NCBI GenBank assembly: GCA_905612305.1
Contig: CAJQRK010000007.1
Coordinates: forward strand, 98,660 to 162,659
Direction: 5' to 3'
DNA length: 64,000 bases
Source of the DNA: an uncultured Flavobacteriales bacterium
GTDB lineage: Bacteria; Bacteroidota; Bacteroidia; Flavobacteriales; BACL11
The position numbers and the translations under genes were made by a program. Below, piece after piece: positions 1 through 9,575 of the stretch. Each line of letters opens with the position of its first letter. The first letter of the stretch is position 1. Under the pieces are notes generated by a model, which had not been told where the DNA came from, did not search any database, and saw only the letters and a program-made list of their open reading frames with translations.

Positions 1-2434
1 CTGTTGTAACAATATTTCCGTTTGCAACAACTTTAACAAAATAGATTCCTGTTTCCAAAGCTGAAAAATCAATGTTATCTAATACATAGTAATTACTTGA
101 AATTTCACCTTCAAACAGATTTCTTACTTCAGCCCCTAATATATTTACTAGCTTTACTTCCACATTCATATCAGCCAATTGCTCAAGTGTAATAACTGCT
201 TGTCCATTTGTTGGATTAGGATATATAGATAATTTTGAAGCGCTTATAACAGGAGCGAATAATGCTGAAGCTTCTCCAATTTGAATATTGTCAATGTAGA
301 AATTATTTGCATTTCCAACAGTAACATATTCAAATTTAAATTTAATATTATCATTTTTCAACTGAGTTGTAGTCATAATGGTATCACTCCATTCATTCAC
401 TTCAGGTTTAAAGTTAGTTGTATAAAGACCTGCATTTGCCGCCTCTACAGGAGTTAATGAGCCTAGAACTCTCCACACTTCACCACAATCATTAGAATAA
501 TATACGTTTAATTCATTTACTGGAAAAGTATTAGCCGCCGCTCCTGACCAACTAAATTTAATTGCAGGATTTGACAAAGCGCTTAAATCATAAGCCTCAG
601 AAATTAACTCATCTCTACCAAAAGTTAAATTATCTTTATCAATCATAATACTGGCATTACCACTAACCGCTACTCCATCTTTCCATTCCCATGATGAATT
701 TTGTGTAGAACTAAAACTCCAATCACCATCAGTAGGATTTGCAGTTATATACCAATCATCTGATAAATCAGCAACATTTTCAAAGCTATAAGTATAACTT
801 CCAGCAGTATTAGAAGATGATGTAGAATTTACTGATATGAAATTCTCTTTCACTGTTGTTGATGTGCAAATATTTGCATAATATGCAACATAAGTTGTTT
901 GCTCTAACTCGCCTCTGTAGAATAAGGTATCAGGATAATACACTCCGTTCACCCAATAAGAATTAATACTATACTGATCTAAATCCAAATGAAGAGCAAT
1001 ATTTGTTGCTCCCATTGCTGTTAATTCTGACTCTGTACCTTGTACAATTATAGTTTTTACAATTGAATCATGTGAACTTGCACTTACTAAATCTAAATCT
1101 GATAAACTAGCAGCTCTAGCTTCAGTTGTTTCGTTGTATTCAATAGTTAGCGAAACGTCATAAACATCAGCATCATTATATGTATGCATATAATAATAGC
1201 CAAGCTGCTGCTGATATGATCCTGGCGTCACTGTTCCGTCACCCATATCCCATGAAACAGAAATGAGATTATCATAACTCTTAGAGTTTGAGTTTAACCA
1301 GATCTCTGATCCTTCACACATATTAGTTGATGAGGTGGAATGTTCAAAAAATTCTGCTTTATTAGAACAAGTAGGTGTTAAATACCCATCAGAAACTCCA
1401 GTAGCCGCAATATTATCTGCTGACCACATATATTCTCTAAACCCAATACCTGAAATGCCCTCATCATCCACCAATCCATTTAAAGTTTCATTCATTACTG
1501 CATTTTGCCCCTTAGTGAACATAGTGACATCATCATCATTAGAATAATCCATATAGTTCACAAACATTTCTCCAGCAGGATTTAATGAATCAGCAACACA
1601 GCCAGATCCAATACCAATATTACCAACATGATAAGGAAAATAAGAAAGATTTATTCCAAAATTTGGTCCGAATGCAGGAGGTGTATCGATTACGCCATCA
1701 TCACCACAATCAGCATCTCCCCATACATGCCTTAAACCTAACCAATGTCCACACTCATGCGTTAAAGTACCACCACTAATCATTTGGCTAGCCAACAACA
1801 CAACTCCATCAGTAGACATTCTATTGCTCCAAGGGAATTGAGCGTAACCTAACAAAGTATTCCCATCATCTTGTGGCAGAAATTTCTTTACAGTCCAAAT
1901 ATTAAGATATTGGTATGAATTCCAATAACTCAATGCTTTAACAGCATTTCCTGGCTCTGGCTCATCAGTTAATTCTGAACGAACCCTAACAATACCAGAT
2001 GTTGGATTTCCAAGAGGGTCTTTTTTTGCTAATCTAAATTCAACATTCAAATCTCCTCTTACTGACGCAAAAATATCTGGCGTCTTAGTTAAAAAATTAG
2101 ATGCCTGTCCATTCATATTTGCATTTAAAATATCCAAAGCTCCTTGAATAGAAGCATCAGAAATATTTTCACCTCCCATATCATGAATAACATGTACTAC
2201 TACAGGAATTATTTTTTTGCCATTTTCTACTTTAAGATGCGTCATTTTACTTAAAGCCGATATGTAATTAGCCTCTAAATCTGCGTTCAAACTCTCCAAA
2301 CCCTGATAAAAAGCAGGATATTTTTCTTCTTGTTCTTCATACGAACCTTCATATGTACCACAAACCCCTTGAGAGAAACCAAGGTTTGCTAACAAAAACG
2401 CTACAAAAATAAGTGGGAAGTATTTATTTTTCAT
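1..2434 (-). CDS. Secreted zinc metalloprotease, peptidase M43 (pappalysin/cytophagalysin-like), with T9SS C-terminal sorting domain; 3' end runs off the window
   Basis: Absent from the supplied ORF track because there is no stop inside the window. Reverse-strand ATG at 2434 (MKNKYFPLIFVAFLLANLGFSQ signal peptide) and the frame stays open to base 1. Zinc motif THECGHWLGLRHVWGD (HExxHxxGxxH) is encoded at ~1715-1762. The C-terminal KLSIYPNPTNGQ...GIYFVKVVANG (bases ~1-230) is typical of a Por secretion tail. Confidence 0.8.
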   Translation of the reverse strand, partial: MKNKYFPLIFVAFLLANLGFSQGVCGTYEGSYEEQEEKYPAFYQGLESLNADLEANYISALSKMTHLKVENGKKIIPVVVHVIHDMGGENISDASIQGALDILNANMNGQASNFLTKTPDIFASVRGDLNVEFRLAKKDPLGNPTSGIVRVRSELTDEPEPGNAVKALSYWNSYQYLNIWTVKKFLPQDDGNTLLGYAQFPWSNRMSTDGVVLLASQMISGGTLTHECGHWLGLRHVWGDADCGDDGVIDTPPAFGPNFGINLSYFPYHVGNIGIGSGCVADSLNPAGEMFVNYMDYSNDDDVTMFTKGQNAVMNETLNGLVDDEGISGIGFREYMWSADNIAATGVSDGYLTPTCSNKAEFFEHSTSSTNMCEGSEIWLNSNSKSYDNLISVSWDMGDGTVTPGSYQQQLGYYYMHTYNDADVYDVSLTIEYNETTEARAASLSDLDLVSASSHDSIVKTIIVQGTESELTAMGATNIALHLDLDQYSINSYWVNGVYYPDTLFYRGELEQTTYVAYYANICTSTTVKENFISVNSTSSSNTAGSYTYSFENVADLSDDWYITANPTDGDWSFSSTQNSSWEWKDGVAVSGNASIMIDKDNLTFGRDELISEAYDLSALSNPAIKFSWSGAAANTFPVNELNVYYSNDCGEVWRVLGSLTPVEAANAGLYTTNFKPEVNEWSDTIMTTTQLKNDNIKFKFEYVTVGNANNFYIDNIQIGEASALFAPVISASKLSIYPNPTNGQAVITLEQLADMNVEVKLVNILGAEVRNLFEGEISSNYYVLDNIDFSALETGIYFVKVVANGNIVTT

Positions 2435-2520
2435 ATCCAATAAATTTATTTAAATTTTTAGGAAACAAATATAATGATTATCTATTAATACGCATCCCCA
2501 TACAGAGAAATATATAAATA

Positions 2521-3375
2521 CTAGTGTATATGCTTTTCAGCATGGTAAGAAGATCGTACCAAAGGACTACTTTCAACATGCTTAAACCCTAGAGAAAGTC
2601 CAACTTCTTTATACTTAGCAAATTGTTCTGGCGTAATAAATTCAACAACCGATAAATGTTTTTTAGAAGGCTGAAGATATTGGCCAATAGTCAAAATTGA
2701 AACGCCAACTGATCTTAAATCATGCATAGTCTCTATAACCTCTTCCTTAGTTTCTCCCAACCCAAGCATAATACCAGATTTGGTTTTTACGCCTCCTTCA
2801 TTCAGAAAACGTAAAGCATCCAAACTCCTATCGTATTTTGCTTGGATTCTTACTTTTTTTGTGAGTCTTCTCACTGTTTCTATATTATGAGAAACTACTT
2901 CAGGAGCCACATCAATTATTGGCTGAATATCTTTTAACCTCCCTTTAAAGTCAGGAATTAAAGTCTCCATAGTTGTTTCGGGATTTTGCTTTCTAATCTC
3001 ATTAATAGTCTCCACCCAAATACTCACCCCTCCGTCTTTCAAATCATCACGATCAACAGATGTGATAACTGCATGCTTAACTCCCATTAATTTAATCGAT
3101 CGTGCTACATTTTTAGGCTCTAAAATATCAACTGCTAATGGACGACCTGTCATTACATTACAAAAACCACAAGAACGCGTACATATATTGCCTAAAATCA
3201 TAAAGGTTGCTGTTCCTGCGCCCCAACATTCACCCATATTTGGACAATTACCACTTTCACAAATAGTGTGTAAAGCATGAGATTTAGTAATCCCTCTTAC
3301 ATTTTTATACGCCTGCCCTGTAGGGAGTTTAACTTTTAACCATTTTGGCTTTTTAAGTTTTTGAACTGATGTCAA
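2521..3375 (-). CDS. lipA: Lipoyl synthase (radical SAM)
   Basis: 284-aa ORF with CPNMGECW auxiliary-cluster motif and CTRSCGFC (CxxxCxxC) radical-SAM motif. Confidence 0.95.
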   Translation of the reverse strand: MTSVQKLKKPKWLKVKLPTGQAYKNVRGITKSHALHTICESGNCPNMGECWGAGTATFMILGNICTRSCGFCNVMTGRPLAVDILEPKNVARSIKLMGVKHAVITSVDRDDLKDGGVSIWVETINEIRKQNPETTMETLIPDFKGRLKDIQPIIDVAPEVVSHNIETVRRLTKKVRIQAKYDRSLDALRFLNEGGVKTKSGIMLGLGETKEEVIETMHDLRSVGVSILTIGQYLQPSKKHLSVVEFITPEQFAKYKEVGLSLGFKHVESSPLVRSSYHAEKHIH

Positions 3376-3384
3376 AAGGCAATT

Positions 3385-3507
3385 TTATGAATTAGGTATT
3401 TGCAGTTGGATTGTTGTAACTCCCCCGCATGGTTTCTCATAAACTCCACAAGAACTAACAACCAAAATTGCAAAAAATAATAGTGTGTATAATATGGCTT
3501 TTTTCAT
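3385..3507 (-). CDS. Putative 40-aa mini-lipoprotein (below ORF-track size cutoff)
   Basis: ATG at 3507 gives MKKAILYTLLFFAILVVSSCGVYEKPCGGVTTIQLQIPNS, with stop at 3385-3387. Signal peptide plus lipobox Cys. It sits in the lipA/ung gap. Confidence 0.35.
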   Translation of the reverse strand: MKKAILYTLLFFAILVVSSCGVYEKPCGGVTTIQLQIPNS

Positions 3508-3569
3508 TGAAAATATTTTTTGACAAAAATACATTTTTAAAGCAGATTATCTATCTTTGAAATAATTAA

Positions 3570-4271
3570 ATGCCAACTACAAAATTACATATCAATTCAG
3601 ATTGGAGAACATTTTTGAAAGAAGAACTTAATTCTGAAAATGTCCAAGCAATTATTAACTCCTTACAAACAGAAAGGAATACATCTGCCATTTTCCCCAA
3701 AGACAATGAAATCTTTAACGCTTTCAACATCACTTCACTAAAAAACCTGAAAGTCATTGTTTTAGGACAAGACCCTTATCACGGAAAAGAGCAGGCTCAT
3801 GGGCTTTCTTTTTCAGTGCCCAATGGCATAAAAATACCACCATCATTGCGCAATATTTTTAAAGAATTACAAACGGATTTAAGTATCCCTATTTCCAATA
3901 ATGGAAATTTAAGACCTTGGGCAAAACAAGGTGTGCTGCTATTAAATGCTACTTTAACAGTTAGAAAAAAAGAAGCTGGGTCTCACCAAAAAATAGGGTG
4001 GGAAAACTTTACAGATAAAGTTATTGAGAAAATATCTAAAGAAAAAGAAGGCGTTATATTTTTACTTTGGGGCGCTTTTGCTCAAAGAAAATCAATATTA
4101 ATTGATGCTAAAAAACATCATATATTAACTGCTGCACATCCTTCTCCTTTTTCAGCTTACAGAGGTTTCTTTGGCTGTAAACATTTTTCAAAAACAAACG
4201 AAATACTTATAAACAATAACCAACAACCTATTGAATGGAAACTATGCTCAGAACCCTTAACTTTATTTTAA
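3570..4271 (+). CDS. ung: Uracil-DNA glycosylase, family 1
   Basis: GQDPYHG motif and C-terminal HPSPFSA motif. Confidence 0.95.
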   Translation: MPTTKLHINSDWRTFLKEELNSENVQAIINSLQTERNTSAIFPKDNEIFNAFNITSLKNLKVIVLGQDPYHGKEQAHGLSFSVPNGIKIPPSLRNIFKELQTDLSIPISNNGNLRPWAKQGVLLLNATLTVRKKEAGSHQKIGWENFTDKVIEKISKEKEGVIFLLWGAFAQRKSILIDAKKHHILTAAHPSPFSAYRGFFGCKHFSKTNEILINNNQQPIEWKLCSEPLTLF

Positions 4272-4825
4272 TTAGCCTTTTGAGTTGTAGTTCATTTGCT
4301 CAGCAACCAATAGTAAAAGTAAAAGCCTATTTGGGCAATCAAGCATTTGAAGAAATCCTATTTGTATGTATCAAAGAACAAAAGCTCTATCATATAAAAA
4401 ATGATAAAATTGTTAAAGACTATATCATTTCCTCCTCAGCTTATGGAATAGGCAGTGAAGCTGGAAGCAATAAAACTCCACTTGGCCTACATAAAGTAAA
4501 CCAAAAATATGGCGAAAAAACTCCAATAAATGGCAGAATGGTCGGTAGAGTTTTTTATGGAGAAATTGCTACTATATATACAGATAATAGTAAAAGCAAA
4601 ACAGATGATATAACAAGCAGAATATTTTGGTTAGAGGGGTTGGAAAAAGGGAAAAACAAAGGAAAAGAAATTGACTCCTACAAACGCTATATTTACATAC
4701 ACGGAACATCAGAAGAAGGACGATTAGGAAAGCCCGCCTCACACGGCTGCATAAGAATGAAAAATAAAGAAGTGATTGACTTGTACAGCCTAATAGAAGT
4801 TGGTACTTTAGTCCTCATTTTATAA
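4235..4825 (+). CDS. L,D-transpeptidase (YkuD) domain secreted protein
   Basis: Signal peptide LISLLSCSSFAQ and catalytic HGT...SHGCIRM motif. The start may be the second ATG at 4244. Overlaps the ung 3' end. Confidence 0.8.
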   Translation: METMLRTLNFILISLLSCSSFAQQPIVKVKAYLGNQAFEEILFVCIKEQKLYHIKNDKIVKDYIISSSAYGIGSEAGSNKTPLGLHKVNQKYGEKTPINGRMVGRVFYGEIATIYTDNSKSKTDDITSRIFWLEGLEKGKNKGKEIDSYKRYIYIHGTSEEGRLGKPASHGCIRMKNKEVIDLYSLIEVGTLVLIL

Positions 4826-4834
4826 AACAAAAAT

Positions 4835-6025
4835 ATGGATTTAATAGGGTCATCAATAATTGGAACAATAGTAGGGTTAATAGTCGCTATTGCATTAAGA
4901 AGACAGAAAAAAAAAGACACTCCTAATGGAGATAAAGAAAAAACATTAGAATTAGAAAAGAGTATTTCTTCAAATGAAGAAATAATTAAAAATCTTCAAT
5001 CCGAAAAAAATATTTTGAATGCAAAAATGGAATCTTTTGAAAAATTAAAAACAGAAAATACAACTCTGAAGGAAAAACTTTCCAATACTGAAAATGAAAG
5101 AAACTCATTAAAAACAAAAAATACGACTTGGGAAAAAGAGGAAGAAGGGCGAATAAAAGAATTTAAAAAAGCGATTGATTCAACCAATACCCTACAAGAA
5201 TCATTAGAAAAAGAAAAAGAAAGATTAAATGATGAAAGAGTGAAAGAAAAAGAGGTGCATTTTGACAATATGAAAAAACAATGGAGAGAACATGAAAAAG
5301 ATGTTGAGAATCATTTACAAATGATTTGCAAAAATAATGTCATTACTTACATATCTCAAGAAGAATTTCCGCACGCAAGAAACAAACCTGACAATTCCAT
5401 TGAAATTATGGACCAACTTATTGTTTTTGACGCAAAAAGTCCAGCAAATGATAATTTGAGTAATTTTTCTAATTACATTAAAACCCAAACTGAAAACCTA
5501 AAAAAATACGCAAAACACGACAATGTAAAAAAAGATTTATTCTTAGTAATTCCTTCAAGCACTTTGCATGTAATCAATCAATTCACTTACAATATGAGTG
5601 ATTACAATGTTTATGTTATAACATTAGATGCATTAGAACCTATCGTTTTAAGTTTAAAAAAAATAGAAGAGTATGAGTTTGCCGACAAACTAAGCCCAGA
5701 TGATAGGGAAAATATTTGTAGAGTAATTGGGAAGTTTGCGCATTCTACTAAAAGAAGAATACAAATTGACCAGTTTTTTGCAAATGAATTTCTAGACACT
5801 TTACATAAAGCCAAACAATTACCGAAAGATATTTTAGAAAATGTAATCCAATTTGAGAATTCAGAAAAATTAAATCCTCCAATGGAGAAAAGAAACAAGC
5901 CAATACTCACAAAAGATTTAAGAGATCAAACAGAAAAAATAAAAAAAGAATTAGAAATTCGAGATATTCCAGGAATTGAAGCTAAAATAACTTTTAAAGA
6001 AAAAGATGAGAGAACAGAAGAATAA
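4835..6025 (+). CDS. RmuC-like membrane-anchored coiled-coil protein with PD-(D/E)xK-like C-terminal domain
   Basis: N-terminal TM helix, then ~130 aa of E/K-rich coiled coil. PDNSIEIMDQLIVFDAKSP...DLFLVIPSS resembles the RmuC nuclease-like core. Assignment is by pattern only. Confidence 0.5.
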   Translation: MDLIGSSIIGTIVGLIVAIALRRQKKKDTPNGDKEKTLELEKSISSNEEIIKNLQSEKNILNAKMESFEKLKTENTTLKEKLSNTENERNSLKTKNTTWEKEEEGRIKEFKKAIDSTNTLQESLEKEKERLNDERVKEKEVHFDNMKKQWREHEKDVENHLQMICKNNVITYISQEEFPHARNKPDNSIEIMDQLIVFDAKSPANDNLSNFSNYIKTQTENLKKYAKHDNVKKDLFLVIPSSTLHVINQFTYNMSDYNVYVITLDALEPIVLSLKKIEEYEFADKLSPDDRENICRVIGKFAHSTKRRIQIDQFFANEFLDTLHKAKQLPKDILENVIQFENSEKLNPPMEKRNKPILTKDLRDQTEKIKKELEIRDIPGIEAKITFKEKDERTEE

Positions 6026-6764
6026 TCAAGAAGAAGAAAAGAACTTTATTTTCGGTATACGTGCCATAATTGAAGCAGTAGAAGCTGGGAAAACCATTGA
6101 TAAACTATTTATCCAAAAAGGATTGCATAATGATTTGTTTGCTGAACTTTGGAAGTTGGTACGCCTGAAAAGAATCAACTACAAACATGTGCCACTTGAA
6201 AAAATTAATCGTCTTAGCAGAAAAAATCACCAAGGTGTTTTTGCCTTTATTTCCCCTATTGATTTTCATAATATTGAAGATGTAGTTCCTGCTTTGTATG
6301 AACAGGGAAAAAACCCACTAATCTTGGTGTTAGACAGAATTACGGATGTACGTAACTTTGGTGCCATTGCTCGTACAGCTGAATGTGCTGGAGTAGATAC
6401 TATTTTAATTCCAGAACAAAATGCCGCTGCTATTAATGCAGATGCAATAAAAACTTCAGCAGGAGCGCTTCATAAAATTACAGTTTGCCGTACTTGGAAT
6501 TTAAAATTGGCTTTACAATTTATGAAAGATAGTGGTATGCAATTGATTGCCTGTACTGAAAAAACTCAGGACAATATGTACAAACCAGATTACATACCTC
6601 CTACGGCTATTATTATGGGATCGGAAGAAGATGGAGTTTCTCCTGAATTTTTAAAAATGTGTGATTCAAGAGCCAAAATACCTATGAATGGTAAAATTGC
6701 ATCACTTAATGTATCAGTAGCAACTGGGGTTATTTTATATGAGGTGATAAGACAGAGAAATTAA
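6006..6764 (+). CDS. rlmB: 23S rRNA 2'-O-ribose methyltransferase, SpoU/TrmH family (RlmB-like)
   Basis: N-terminal SpoU substrate-binding-like segment (IFGIRAIIEAVEAGK). SPOUT knot motifs IMGSEEDGVS and IPMNGKIASLNVSVATGVILYE. Confidence 0.85.
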   Translation: MREQKNNQEEEKNFIFGIRAIIEAVEAGKTIDKLFIQKGLHNDLFAELWKLVRLKRINYKHVPLEKINRLSRKNHQGVFAFISPIDFHNIEDVVPALYEQGKNPLILVLDRITDVRNFGAIARTAECAGVDTILIPEQNAAAINADAIKTSAGALHKITVCRTWNLKLALQFMKDSGMQLIACTEKTQDNMYKPDYIPPTAIIMGSEEDGVSPEFLKMCDSRAKIPMNGKIASLNVSVATGVILYEVIRQRN

Positions 6765-6766
6765 TT

Positions 6767-7489
6767 ATGAGTTGGTTTGCGAATTGGTTTGATTCTGAAT
6801 ACTACCATACCTTATATAAAAATAGAGATAAGAAAGAAGCTGAATTTTTTATTCAGAACTTAGTACAATACTTAAATTTTCAAAAAAAAAGAAAACTTCT
6901 TGATATTGCTTGTGGTAAAGGAAGGCATGCCACATACTTTAATTCTTTAGGATTTGATGTGGTGGGAATAGATTTATCCTCCAATAGCATAACTACTGCC
7001 AAAAAATATAAAAATGAAACACTACAGTTTTTCAAACATGATATGCGAGAAGTATATCAGGAAAATGAGTTTGATGTAGTGACTAATTTATTCACTTCTT
7101 TTGGTTATTTTGAAAAAGATGAAGACGAGCAAAAAGCCATCAATGCTATGGCTAGTAATTTGAAAGAAGAAGGGCTTTTAGTCATCGATTTTATGAATGC
7201 AAAAAAAGTAATTACTAATTTGGTAGCGAGCGAACAGAAAATAATTGATGACATTACTTTTGACATCAATCGAAAAATAGTTGATCAGTATATAATTAAA
7301 GATATTCGTATTAGTGATTCAAAAATACACCATCATTTTCAGGAGAAAGTAAAAGCCCTAACTTTGATTGATTTTTCTGAGTTCATTACACATGCAAGGC
7401 TTAAAATAATTGATATCTTTGGCAATTATAAATTGGAAGAATTTAATGCACAAACTTCTGACCGATTAATACTAATCTGCAAAAAATGA
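6767..7489 (+). CDS. Class I SAM-dependent methyltransferase
   Basis: Motif I LLDIACGKGRH and post-I GIDLS; 240 aa. Confidence 0.8.
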   Translation: MSWFANWFDSEYYHTLYKNRDKKEAEFFIQNLVQYLNFQKKRKLLDIACGKGRHATYFNSLGFDVVGIDLSSNSITTAKKYKNETLQFFKHDMREVYQENEFDVVTNLFTSFGYFEKDEDEQKAINAMASNLKEEGLLVIDFMNAKKVITNLVASEQKIIDDITFDINRKIVDQYIIKDIRISDSKIHHHFQEKVKALTLIDFSEFITHARLKIIDIFGNYKLEEFNAQTSDRLILICKK

Positions 7490-8178
7490 ATATACTAACA
7501 CTTGGCTTACTTTTCGCATCCGTAATTGCTGGAGCAATAATAGTAGAAATTTTCAAACCTAAAAAAGGAAGAAATATCCAAATGCTACTCACTTTTAGCG
7601 GAGCCTATTTATTGGCTGTCAGTGTTTTGCACTTATTGCCCGAACTTTTTAAAAACGATATCAGCAAATATATTGGCCTCTATATATTAGGAGGATTCTT
7701 AATTCAAATCGTTTTAGAATATTTTTCGCAAGGCATAGAACACGGGCATTTTCAAAAAAGCACTGTTATTCCTTTTTCTATACTTATCAGTCTTTGCCTA
7801 CATGCCCTACTAGAGGGGGTTCCTTTAGGAGGACAGTTACATGATCATGCTCATAACTCCTTGCTCACTGGCATTGTGCTACATAAAATGCCAGTAGCAA
7901 TTGTTCTAATGACTTTCTTTTTACAAAGCAACATGCAAAAATCAAAAGCCTATTTCTATTTATTATTGTTTGCTCTAATGTCACCATTAGGAGTATTTGC
8001 CGGCAATCTATTCGCAGACTTTTCCGACATTCATAATGAGATAATGGCGATGGTAATTGGTGTCTTTTTACATATTTCAACCACTATCCTTTTTGAAAGT
8101 AGTGACGGGCATAAATTTAGCTCACAAAAAATATTATCCATTATTGTTGGAGCATGTATTGCTATTTTGAGTTTATAG
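7486..8178 (+). CDS. ZIP family metal cation transporter
   Basis: Polytopic membrane protein with His-rich loops (IEHGHF, LHDHAHN) and an HKMPVAIVL/LHALLEGVPLG signature-like segment. Confidence 0.75.
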   Translation: MNILTLGLLFASVIAGAIIVEIFKPKKGRNIQMLLTFSGAYLLAVSVLHLLPELFKNDISKYIGLYILGGFLIQIVLEYFSQGIEHGHFQKSTVIPFSILISLCLHALLEGVPLGGQLHDHAHNSLLTGIVLHKMPVAIVLMTFFLQSNMQKSKAYFYLLLFALMSPLGVFAGNLFADFSDIHNEIMAMVIGVFLHISTTILFESSDGHKFSSQKILSIIVGACIAILSL

Positions 8179-8179
8179 C

Positions 8180-8707
8180 ATGAACCAACACTACGTTATT
8201 ACTGGCGCTCCTGGAACAGGTAAAACAGCCATTATAAATGCACTAAAAGAAAGAGGTTACTTCTGTGTTGAGGAAAATTCAAGAGAAATTATTAGCGAAC
8301 AGATAATAAATGGAGGAGAGATTCTTCCTTGGAAAAATCAAATTGCTTTTGAAAATTTAATTTCAAGTAAACGTGCCAAGCAATACGCAAGCATTCATAA
8401 GGATGAAATCTATTTTTTTGACAGAAGCACGATTGATTGTATTGCATACCTAAAAGCAAATAACTTAGAAACTTCCACCAAAATATTAGAGGGAATAAAA
8501 AATTGTGAATTCAACTCCAATGTATTTTACACTCCTATTTGGGAGAAAATTTATACAAATGATAGTGAGCGAAAAGAGAGTATTGAAAGCGCAATTACTA
8601 TTGAGAAATTTCTGATTTCTACCTACCAATACTTTGACTATACTTTAATAGAGATACCAAAACTAACTATTGAAGAAAGAGTAGATTTTATTCTATCCAG
8701 AATATAA
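8180..8707 (+). CDS. P-loop NTPase (AAA_28/NadR-like ATPase-kinase fold)
   Basis: Walker A GAPGTGKT at residues 9-16; 175 aa. Confidence 0.6.
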   Translation: MNQHYVITGAPGTGKTAIINALKERGYFCVEENSREIISEQIINGGEILPWKNQIAFENLISSKRAKQYASIHKDEIYFFDRSTIDCIAYLKANNLETSTKILEGIKNCEFNSNVFYTPIWEKIYTNDSERKESIESAITIEKFLISTYQYFDYTLIEIPKLTIEERVDFILSRI

Positions 8708-8764
8708 TTTTTACACCTAAATTATTCTAATTTTACCAGCAATTTAATAATCAAAAAATATAGA

Positions 8765-9265
8765 ATGGCTAACATTACACTAGACAATAATCCAACAACA
8801 ACCTCTGGGTACTTACCAAAAAATGGAGAGCAAGCAAAAGACTTTTGCTTAATTGGAAAAGATTTAAAAGAGGTGACATTAAACAATTTTCGAGGTGAAA
8901 GAATTATCATGAATATTTTCCCCTCTATTGACACGGGAGTTTGCGGCAATTCAGTAAGAAATTTTAATACAACCGCAGGAAACCTTTCTAATGTAAAAGT
9001 ACTTTGTATTTCAAGAGATTTACCCTTTGCTCAGAATAGGTTTTGTGGAGCTGAAAATATTGAAAATGTAATTACATTATCTGATTTTGTCTCAGGTGCT
9101 TTTGGAAAAGATTATGGGCTTACCATCTTAGATGGAGTATTTACTAATCTTCTGTCCAGGTGTGTTATTGTGCTGGATGAAACGCACAAAATTATATATA
9201 CTGAACAAGTTGACGAAATATCCTCAGAGCCAAATTATGAAAAAGCAATAGCTGTTTTAAATTAA
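8765..9265 (+). CDS. tpx: Thiol peroxidase (atypical 2-Cys peroxiredoxin)
   Basis: PSIDTGVC peroxidatic-Cys motif and CISRDLPFAQNRFCGAE resolving-Cys region. Confidence 0.9.
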   Translation: MANITLDNNPTTTSGYLPKNGEQAKDFCLIGKDLKEVTLNNFRGERIIMNIFPSIDTGVCGNSVRNFNTTAGNLSNVKVLCISRDLPFAQNRFCGAENIENVITLSDFVSGAFGKDYGLTILDGVFTNLLSRCVIVLDETHKIIYTEQVDEISSEPNYEKAIAVLN

Positions 9266-9268
9266 AAC

Positions 9269-9484
9269 TTAGTCAGGAATAAGTTTGTATATATAAGTAG
9301 CTAATACCGCACCTGCTATTGGACCAACAAGACAATACCCTAAATGAGATAGGGTGTTTCCGTCTCCCATTATTGCATCAGCTAATATTGATCATATTCC
9401 AGATACAGAATTATAAACTCCTGCTGAAATTTTACCACCTACAAATATAGATTCAATAATTATAAAAGCCAATTTCTGAACCAT
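9269..9484 (-). pseudogene. Remnant of the C-terminal third of a MIP/aquaporin gene (in-frame stop, degenerate NPA box)
   Basis: Reverse translation gives MVQKLAFIIIESIFVGGKISAGVYNSVSGI*SILADAIMGDGNTLSHLGYCLVGPIAGAVLATYIYKLIPD. The GGxISGG..N(PA) loop is degenerate. The Y..VGPI.GA.LA..IYK tail is typical of AqpZ/GlpF-type channels. No upstream half is present. Confidence 0.6.
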
Positions 9485-9575
9485 TAAGAGAAATTACCTT
9501 CTGTTTTGGTTTTTTCGCTATATTTAAAATTACAAAAAAAGCGCTAGTAAAAATAGCTTATACTACAAGAATCTG

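Noticed and set aside
1335-1779. Track ORFs 1335..1547 (+) and 1585..1779 (+).
   Set aside because: Both lie antisense inside the long open minus-strand frame of the M43 protease (1-2434), which has clear catalytic and sorting motifs. The plus-strand translations are low-complexity with no motifs.
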